Assembly: GCA_043800695.1 (NCBI GenBank)
Contig: JAZDMU010000053.1
Coordinates: forward strand, 29,721 to 93,720
Source of the DNA: Bacteroidota bacterium
GTDB lineage: Bacteria > Bacteroidota > Bacteroidia > Bacteroidales > VadinHA17
DNA length: 64,000 nucleotides
Reading direction: 5' to 3'
Positions 56,306 through 62,976 of the stretch are shown here, one piece after another. Under the pieces are notes generated by a model. It saw only the letters and a list, made by a program, of their open reading frames with translations. It did not search any database and was not told the origin of the DNA. Each line of letters opens with the position of its first letter. The first letter of the stretch is position 1. The position numbers and the translations under genes were made by a program.

Positions 56306-58240
56306 TTATTTTACTGTTATAGCGCTGAACTTGCAGATATCATAGCATATCCCGCAGCCAATGCACTTATCCTCTACAATAAAGAATGGCTGAAGCCTGG
56401 TTCCGTAGATTGCATTCACAGGGCATTTTGATGCGCAGGCTGTGCACCCTGTGCATTTTTCCACATCGATTGAAAATGTCCTGAGTCCCCTGCAGATATT
56501 GGCTCTGCATTTTCTGTCGAAAATATGCTCCTCGAATTCCTCTCTGTAATTCCTGAGTGCACTGAGGAACGGGTTGGGAGCATTCTGCCCGAGACCGCAC
56601 AATGAAGTATCCTTCATTACCGATGCGATGTTCTCGAGCTGCATTACCCCCTTGAAGCGTTCGAGGGTGGTGCCTGATTCCTCATTATCAGGCTTTCTTA
56701 TTATGCTCTCAAGTATCTCGAGCATTCGACCTGTTCCTTCACGGCACGGTATGCATTTACCGCAGCTTTCATTACGCATGAACTCCATATAATGCCTTAT
56801 CAGGTCAACCATGCACGTGTTCTCATCAATGATAACAAAGCCTCCTGCACCCATCCCGATTCCCTTCTCCTTCAATGCATCAAAATCGATCTTCATATCG
56901 AGGTTCTCAGATGTGATGAAGGAGCCGGTAACGCCTCCAAGCTGAACAGCCTTGAGCTCTTTTCCATCTTTTATGCCGTCGGCAATATCCTCGAGGATGG
57001 TTCTGACTGAAGTCCCCATTTCCACTTCAATCACACCCGACATTCTTCCCCTGCCTGCCACTGCAAAAACTTTAGTGCCCGGACTATTTTCTGTTCCGGT
57101 TCTCCTGAACCATTCGGGCCCGTTCTGCATGATCAGCGGCACATTCATCAGTGTCTCAACGTTATTGATCACTGTCGGCTTGTTGAACAATCCCGCCGTG
57201 GATGGGTAGGGAGGCTTGAGCTTTGGCATTCCCCTCTTGCCTTCAAGAGTGCTTATAAGAGCTGTCTCCTCACCGCATACAAAAGCCCCTGATTCTTTCC
57301 GTACGGTAATATCAAGTCCGTAGCCGCTTGAAAATATGTTGTGTCCAAGGAGTCCATACTCTCTTGTTCTCTCGATTGCTGTCCGGATTCTCTGCAGGGC
57401 GTGCTCCGATCCTTTCCTGAAGAATATTATTGCATTCGAGGAGCCGATAGCATAGGAAGCGATGGCTATTCCCTCAATAAGCCGGTAAGGGTCGCTTTCC
57501 AGCAGAGTCCTGTCGGTAAATGCACCAGGGTCGCTCTCCTTTGCATTGCATATCAAGTATTTTATTGAGGATCCGGTATTGAGCGCCTGTTTCCACTTAA
57601 GTCCAGTTGGATATCCGCCGCCCGATCTGCCCCTGAGGCCGCTTCTTTCAATAATATCGCATACCTCCTCAAAAGTGTAGTGCCTGATAGTTTTGGAAAA
57701 AATCCTGAATCCTCCGCGGGCTATATATTCTTCAATGCTTTCCGGATCGTAGCATCCGCAGTTGTTCATCACGATCCTCTTCTGACGGGAAAAAAACGGC
57801 AATTCCTCCAGGAAAGGTATTCCGGGCCACATTTCAAATCCGTGTGTTCCGTGCTGACCTGCCAGGTCATCTTCATTTATATCGTTGTGAAAGACACCAT
57901 TAAGGAGAGATTCAACTTTTTCTTCCGTTATATTCCTGAAGAACAGTTTGTTTTTGCCGGGAAGCTGAATGCATACAAAGGGTTCAAAGTTAGCTGGTCC
58001 CTGGCACCCAACCTTTACCAGTCCGGCATTAAGTTCATTGTCTGTGATATACTCCCGGAGAGCCGCCCATGTCCTTTCCGACCCTGAAATAATGCTTCTG
58101 GTACCTGACGAAACATAGATGATGGGCACTGTTGTCTTTTCCCTTCTGACTTCCTGCAGAACCCTCTCAGTTTCCGATGATACGACATCAGATTCAAGCA
58201 ACAGCACACTCTCAACCAGGTATTTCTTCAGATCTTCCAT
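56306..58240 (-). CDS. hydB: HydB, NuoF-like flavoprotein subunit of the trimeric hydrogenase
   Basis: FMN/NADH block GLRGRSGGGYPTGLKW..ICNAKESDPGAF, N3 cluster SCGKCIPCREG..C, and a C-terminal 2x[4Fe-4S] (CTGCTACASKCP, CIGCGICYDIC). Confidence 0.85.
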   Translation of the reverse strand: MEDLKKYLVESVLLLESDVVSSETERVLQEVRREKTTVPIIYVSSGTRSIISGSERTWAALREYITDNELNAGLVKVGCQGPANFEPFVCIQLPGKNKLFFRNITEEKVESLLNGVFHNDINEDDLAGQHGTHGFEMWPGIPFLEELPFFSRQKRIVMNNCGCYDPESIEEYIARGGFRIFSKTIRHYTFEEVCDIIERSGLRGRSGGGYPTGLKWKQALNTGSSIKYLICNAKESDPGAFTDRTLLESDPYRLIEGIAIASYAIGSSNAIIFFRKGSEHALQRIRTAIERTREYGLLGHNIFSSGYGLDITVRKESGAFVCGEETALISTLEGKRGMPKLKPPYPSTAGLFNKPTVINNVETLMNVPLIMQNGPEWFRRTGTENSPGTKVFAVAGRGRMSGVIEVEMGTSVRTILEDIADGIKDGKELKAVQLGGVTGSFITSENLDMKIDFDALKEKGIGMGAGGFVIIDENTCMVDLIRHYMEFMRNESCGKCIPCREGTGRMLEILESIIRKPDNEESGTTLERFKGVMQLENIASVMKDTSLCGLGQNAPNPFLSALRNYREEFEEHIFDRKCRANICRGLRTFSIDVEKCTGCTACASKCPVNAIYGTRLQPFFIVEDKCIGCGICYDICKFSAITVK

Positions 58241-58729
58241 TTAATCATTTTCAACAATGAACCTGAGCTTTTTGATAAATTCAGGCAGATGGTCAGGCCT
58301 GATATGAGTATGATACTCGTCATTTACACGGATCACTGGTCCTCTATTGCAGCCGCCCATGCATGTCTCAATCTCATAGCTGAAAATCCCGTCCCTGCCT
58401 GTCTGCCCCGGAGCAAGTCCGGTTATCTCTCCTATCTTCGTTATCACTGCCTGTGAACCGTTAATGTAGCATGATGTCCCGTTACAAATCCTTATATGCA
58501 CTTTGCCTGCGGGGATAAACCTGAACTGGTCGTAAAATGTTGCCAGTCCGTAGATCTTGGTAGTGCTGAGACCAATAAAAGTACCTGCCTTAACAATAGT
58601 CTCCTCGGATAAAAAGCCTTCAGCATCCTGAATATCCTGAAGGAGCGGAATAAGGTCCTCCCTTCGTCCTGGTTTATACTTTTTGAATATTGCATCGCTA
58701 TTCTGACCCATCAGAATGATAATTAACAA
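58241..58729 (-). CDS. hydC: HydC, NuoE-like thioredoxin-fold [2Fe-2S] subunit
   Basis: ICNGTSC..CMGGC motif, 162 aa. The true start is probably MGQNSD. Confidence 0.85.
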   Translation of the reverse strand: MLIIILMGQNSDAIFKKYKPGRREDLIPLLQDIQDAEGFLSEETIVKAGTFIGLSTTKIYGLATFYDQFRFIPAGKVHIRICNGTSCYINGSQAVITKIGEITGLAPGQTGRDGIFSYEIETCMGGCNRGPVIRVNDEYHTHIRPDHLPEFIKKLRFIVEND

Positions 58730-58767
58730 TATACAAATATAAATAATTTATTGTGAAAAAATAAACA

Positions 58768-58785
58768 TTGTTAATTAATTAACAA
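58768..58785. promoter_or_regulatory. Candidate Rex operator (perfect 18-bp palindrome)
   Basis: TTGTTAATTAATTAACAA fits the TTGTTAAnnnnTTAACAA / TTGTGAAnnnnTTCACAA Rex-box class. It lies 39-56 nt upstream of the hydC start in the hydCBA / 2Fe-2S-hydS divergent region. A degenerate half-site, TTGTGAAAAAATAAACAT, abuts it at 58751-58768. Confidence 0.65.
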
Positions 58786-58997
58786 TAAAAAAGGAAAATA
58801 TAGCTTAATAGTATTCGCGTGTATCTTACTGTTTATCAGTGCCATAAAAATATCATGTATTTTAATGCTAATCTGATGACCTGAATCTCGCATCCGTTTT
58901 ATCTCTTTAGTTTCTTGAATTTTAGGCTTTTTGGAAGTAACCGGCGCATGAAAAAATTTATTACTTTTGATGTTGTTGTTCAACAATAAACAGTGAA

Positions 58998-59255
58998 GTG
59001 ATGACCAGGGAAGCGGAGATGCATATATGTTTGGGAAGTTCCTGTTTTTCAAGAGGGAACAAGGAGGTGGTGGCGTTCATAAAAGATTACCTTAAAAAGA
59101 ATCATCTTGAAGACAAGGTCATCTTTAAGGGAGCCCGGTGCATGGGAAACTGCAGTAAAGGTCCCAATCTCAGGATCGGCGACAGGATCGAGGAGGGTTT
59201 AACAGTTTCAGGTTTAGAGGCGATCCTTGACAGGGAACTGGCAAAACTGAAATAA
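58998..59255 (+). CDS. Small thioredoxin-like [2Fe-2S] protein (HfsA-like)
   Basis: 85 aa, ICLGSSC...ARCMGNC (CX4C..CX3C). Immediately precedes the PAS-type sensory hydrogenase. Confidence 0.7.
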   Translation: MMTREAEMHICLGSSCFSRGNKEVVAFIKDYLKKNHLEDKVIFKGARCMGNCSKGPNLRIGDRIEEGLTVSGLEAILDRELAKLK

Positions 59256-59275
59256 ACAAGGAAGGGAGAAGCAAG

Positions 59276-61165
59276 ATGACCGCAATAAAACCTGTTTTGT
59301 ACATAAACGACGACAGATGCAGGAATTCATATTCCTGTGTAAGGGTTTGCCCTGTAAATGCCATTGAGGTCAAACCGCAGAAGCTTCATCCCACGATCAT
59401 ATCTCAGAGATGCATAGGATGCGGGCTCTGTTATGTCTCCTGCTCGCCCGGGGCGATTGAATTCCGCGATTCAAATGAGGATGTTAAGGCGCTGCTGTCG
59501 TCGGGCAGGAAAAAGGCGGCCCTGATAGAACCAAGCATTGCATCGGAATTTGATGATATCACTGACTACAGGAAGTTTGTTGCCATGATCCGGTCGCTGG
59601 GATTTGACTATGTTCATGAGGTCTCTTTCGGTGTGGATCTTATTGCAGCCAAATATGCTGACCTCTTCAGCACTTCCGAAGGCAAATATTACATAACGGC
59701 AAATTGTCCGTCAATAGTAAAGATCATCGAGAAATTCCATCCCGAGCTGACGCCAAACCTTGCACCTCTGGTATCGCCCATGATAGCTACCGCAATGGTA
59801 GTGAGGGAACTGTACGGACCGGATTGCGCCACCATCCAGATCGGGCCCTGCATAGACGCCAAGGACGAAGCCCTGCTATACAGCTCAGGAAAGCTGATAG
59901 AGGGGGTTCTCACATTCACCGAACTACGCCAGCTTTTCGATGAGTCCGGTATTCAGGAGAGGCTCGTAAAGATATCGGATTTTGATGCGCCACACGGCTA
60001 CTGGGGCGCCCTCTACCCTCTTCCGGCAGGGATAATACAGGCCGGAGGGATCAAACGTGATATGGTCTCCAGTAAGGTCATCACGGCATCGGGTAAGGAG
60101 GATATTCTTGAGGCTATAAATGATTACGATAAATATATTGATACTATACATCATCATTTCAACTTGTTTTTCTGCCATGGCTGCCTGCTCGGGCCGGGCA
60201 TGGAACATCACAATGAAAGATTCCGCCGAAGAGCCCTGGTGAGCCGCTATACTGAAAAAAGGATCTCCGTTCTCGATAAAGAGGCATGGAATAAAAACAT
60301 GGACAAATGGCTGAAGCTTGATTTCTTGCGGACCTTCACCCCTGATGATCAGAGGATCCCGGAACCTCCTGTTGAAGCTGTGAACGAAGTGCTCAAGATC
60401 ATAGGAAAACAGGACTCCAGCGAGGAGCTCGACTGCGGGGCATGCGGATATATGTCGTGCCGCGATTTTGCATCAACGGTTGCAAAGGGACTGGCAGTCC
60501 CGGAGATGTGCCACACGTTCAATCTGCGCAACAAGCAGGAATATATTGAAACCCTGAGACAGACAAACAGAAAGCTCGCTGAGACAAAAAAAGCCCTCAA
60601 GGAATCAGAAGAGCTTGCACTCCGTGAAAAAGAGGTGGCACAAAGCGCATCCGATATGATGAACAGCATGCTCGAAAAGCTGCCAATAGGAGTCGTAATT
60701 GTCGATAAAAGCCTGAAGATACTTCACTCCAACCTTAGCTTTATAAACACGATAGGCGAAGATGCGAAAGCGATTGCAGACGTAATACCCGGTCTGGCAG
60801 GGGCAGATATCAAGACCCTGATTCCCTTCAATATCTATAACATGTTCTCTTTTGTGTTAAAGGAAGACGAACCCGTTGTTAGCAAGGATGTTCACTGGGA
60901 CGACAGGATGCTCAATATTTCGATATTCCCCATCAAGAAAAACAAAATGTGCGGTGCTGTGATCCGTGACTTGTATTCACCTGAAGTACAGGCAGAAGAG
61001 GTCACTAACAGGGTAAGTGAAGTAATAGAGAAGAATCTCGAGATGGTTCAGAAGATCGGGTTCCTGCTCGGCGAAGGGGCATCAGAAACAGAACAGATGC
61101 TTAACTCGATCATAGAGTCATACAGGAAAAGAAGCAGCAGCAAAAACAGCGGAAACAAATCATAA
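59276..61165 (+). CDS. Sensory [FeFe]-hydrogenase-like protein with C-terminal PAS domain (group C3-like HydS/HfsB-like)
   Basis: 4Fe-4S motifs (CRNSYSCVRVCP, CIGCGLCYVSCS). H-domain with TANCPSIV / GPCIDAKDE / NLFFCHGCLLGPG. CGACGYMSC..C linker, coiled coil, and PAS-like LEKLPIGVVIVDKSLKILHSN. Confidence 0.8.
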   Translation: MTAIKPVLYINDDRCRNSYSCVRVCPVNAIEVKPQKLHPTIISQRCIGCGLCYVSCSPGAIEFRDSNEDVKALLSSGRKKAALIEPSIASEFDDITDYRKFVAMIRSLGFDYVHEVSFGVDLIAAKYADLFSTSEGKYYITANCPSIVKIIEKFHPELTPNLAPLVSPMIATAMVVRELYGPDCATIQIGPCIDAKDEALLYSSGKLIEGVLTFTELRQLFDESGIQERLVKISDFDAPHGYWGALYPLPAGIIQAGGIKRDMVSSKVITASGKEDILEAINDYDKYIDTIHHHFNLFFCHGCLLGPGMEHHNERFRRRALVSRYTEKRISVLDKEAWNKNMDKWLKLDFLRTFTPDDQRIPEPPVEAVNEVLKIIGKQDSSEELDCGACGYMSCRDFASTVAKGLAVPEMCHTFNLRNKQEYIETLRQTNRKLAETKKALKESEELALREKEVAQSASDMMNSMLEKLPIGVVIVDKSLKILHSNLSFINTIGEDAKAIADVIPGLAGADIKTLIPFNIYNMFSFVLKEDEPVVSKDVHWDDRMLNISIFPIKKNKMCGAVIRDLYSPEVQAEEVTNRVSEVIEKNLEMVQKIGFLLGEGASETEQMLNSIIESYRKRSSSKNSGNKS

Positions 61166-62350
61166 TTGAACAGGGATTTCTACATAGAAGTAAACAGCCA
61201 GCAGCGCAATCATGACGGAGAAAAGATCTGCGGCGATGTTTTTCTTTACAGGTCGATAAAGGAAGAAGACAGGGTGATAGCAGTGCTCTCCGACGGCATG
61301 GGGCATGGTGTAAAAGCAAACATTCTGGCCACACTCACATCGACAATGGCTCTTAATTTTACCCGCGAACACAAAGAGGTCGATCGTATCGCTGAAATAA
61401 TAATGAATACCCTCCCTGTCTGCAGCGAAAGGAAAATAAGTTACTCAACTTTTACCATTGTCGATATTGAGAGCAGCGGCAAAGCCACAATACTTGAATA
61501 CGACAATCCCCAGGCAATAGTGTTGAGAGGCAATCAGCTGTTTGACCCGGGATGGAAGAAGGTGGTCCTTGAAAAGGGAAAGCATGCGGGTAAAGTCCTG
61601 AAAACATGCACATTCATGCCCGAAAAGGAAGACAGGATAGTATTCTGCTCCGACGGAGTGGCACAGAGTGGCATGGGCAGCGAGCCATTTCCATTCGGCT
61701 GGGAGAGGGATAATGTTGCAGGGTATGCTTCAACACTTGTAACCAGCGAGGGTTCCATCTCAGCTTCAATGCTGGCAGGCAAGATCGTGACAATGGCGCA
61801 CAAGAACGACTCCTACAGGGCAAAAGACGATATCAGCTGTGCAGTTATTTACTTCCGCGAGCCACGCAAGCTGCTGCTATGTACCGGTCCGCCCTTTGAA
61901 AAGGAAAAGGACAGGGATCTGGCATTAAAGGTGAAGGATTACAAGGGCAAGGTTATCCTGTGCGGAGGAACGACTGCCGACATAATTGCCAGGGAACTTG
62001 ACAGGAAGATCGTTGATGAGCTTATTTTTGAGGACCCTGACCTCCCTCCCGAGAGCTTCCTGGAGGGAATTGACCTGGTTACAGAAGGGATACTGACACT
62101 GCAGAAAGTAAATGAAATACTCAAGAGCTATAACAACAGCGTGAAGCTTGGAAAAGGTCCTGCCGACAAGATAGTGAAGCTGCTGATGGAAAGCGATGAG
62201 ATACATTTCATTATTGGCACACGGATCAACATAGCTCACCAGGATCCGAATCTCCCGGTTGAACTGGAGATAAGGAGAACTGTCGTCAAACGCATCGCCC
62301 GGCTTCTTGAGGAGAAGTGGCTGAAGAATGTAACGTTTGAATATATATAA
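61166..62350 (+). CDS. PP2C/SpoIIE-family serine phosphatase with a C-terminal uncharacterised domain (HfsC-like)
   Basis: ICGDVF..IAVLSDGMGHGVKANILA..FCSDGV motifs. TTG start directly after the hydS stop. The ~160-aa C-terminal region (GKVILCGGTTADIIAREL...) is unassigned. Confidence 0.8.
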   Translation: MNRDFYIEVNSQQRNHDGEKICGDVFLYRSIKEEDRVIAVLSDGMGHGVKANILATLTSTMALNFTREHKEVDRIAEIIMNTLPVCSERKISYSTFTIVDIESSGKATILEYDNPQAIVLRGNQLFDPGWKKVVLEKGKHAGKVLKTCTFMPEKEDRIVFCSDGVAQSGMGSEPFPFGWERDNVAGYASTLVTSEGSISASMLAGKIVTMAHKNDSYRAKDDISCAVIYFREPRKLLLCTGPPFEKEKDRDLALKVKDYKGKVILCGGTTADIIARELDRKIVDELIFEDPDLPPESFLEGIDLVTEGILTLQKVNEILKSYNNSVKLGKGPADKIVKLLMESDEIHFIIGTRINIAHQDPNLPVELEIRRTVVKRIARLLEEKWLKNVTFEYI

Positions 62351-62470
62351 CGGCGTAACGGCGTAACGGCGCAAAGGCTCAACGGCACTTGAGAGTTCCC
62401 CTCCTGGGAGGGGCAGGGGGTGGGTAAAATGGGAGGTACAGGGTACAGGGATCAGGGTACGGGTCGAGGG
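62348..62470. repeat. Composite of three repeat families (AACGGCG octamers, family E unit, GTACAGG heptamers)
   Basis: taacggcgtaacggcgtaacggcgcaaaggctcaacggca (62348-62388), CCCCTCCTGGGAGGGGCAGGGGGTGGGT (62398-62425), gtacagggtacagggatcagggtacgggtcgaggg (62436-62470). Confidence 0.9.
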
Positions 62471-62899
62471 TTATAATAACCCTAAGAATTCCAGCACTCT
62501 ACTGAAAAGAACCGGCTGGATGTCAGGGTAAGTAAGATTTCCGGGGAGACCATCCATTAAAGTCGTTTCGGCAATCTCAGAGTTTGAAGGCAGATCAGCC
62601 AGCTTAGTGACTTCTGCAAAATATAGTCTGCCGTATCTGGTATTTCCGCTCTTTTCAACTGAATAAGTCGCAACACATGAAAGAGTAAATTCCTCTGCTC
62701 CTGTCTCTTCAATAAGTTCCCTCCTGGCGGCATCATCAGGCGATTCATTGACCTCAATATGCCCGCCGGGGATCTCCCAGGTGGATCGGTCATGATGCCT
62801 CACAAAGATCCACTGTCTGTTATGCCTGACCGCAATGACAGAATAAACAAGCCCCCGGGCAGGCATGTAATCATTATCATAGAATTTCACCCGTGTCAT
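62471..62899 (-). CDS. NUDIX hydrolase
   Basis: Nudix box GGHIEVNESPDDAARRELIEETGA. Start moved to MTRVKFYDN. Confidence 0.85.
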   Translation of the reverse strand: MTRVKFYDNDYMPARGLVYSVIAVRHNRQWIFVRHHDRSTWEIPGGHIEVNESPDDAARRELIEETGAEEFTLSCVATYSVEKSGNTRYGRLYFAEVTKLADLPSNSEIAETTLMDGLPGNLTYPDIQPVLFSRVLEFLGLL

Positions 62900-62976
62900 T
62901 CCCTGATCATTCACTTCCGCTGTAAAAATAATAATATAAACATAAATGAGTATTTTTACAGACAACTCTGCGATCA

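Noticed and set aside
58771-59052. A 93-aa ORF on the - strand in the hydC / 2Fe-2S divergent promoter.
   Set aside because: It is AT-rich with non-coding-like composition (NNNIKSNKFF..). It spans the Rex palindrome and overlaps the start of the 2Fe-2S gene.
61166-62350. I considered whether this gene could be the missing hydF maturase.
   Set aside because: It has no GTPase P-loop or G-motifs. It carries the PP2C/SpoIIE metal-binding motifs instead, so hydF appears to be outside this window.
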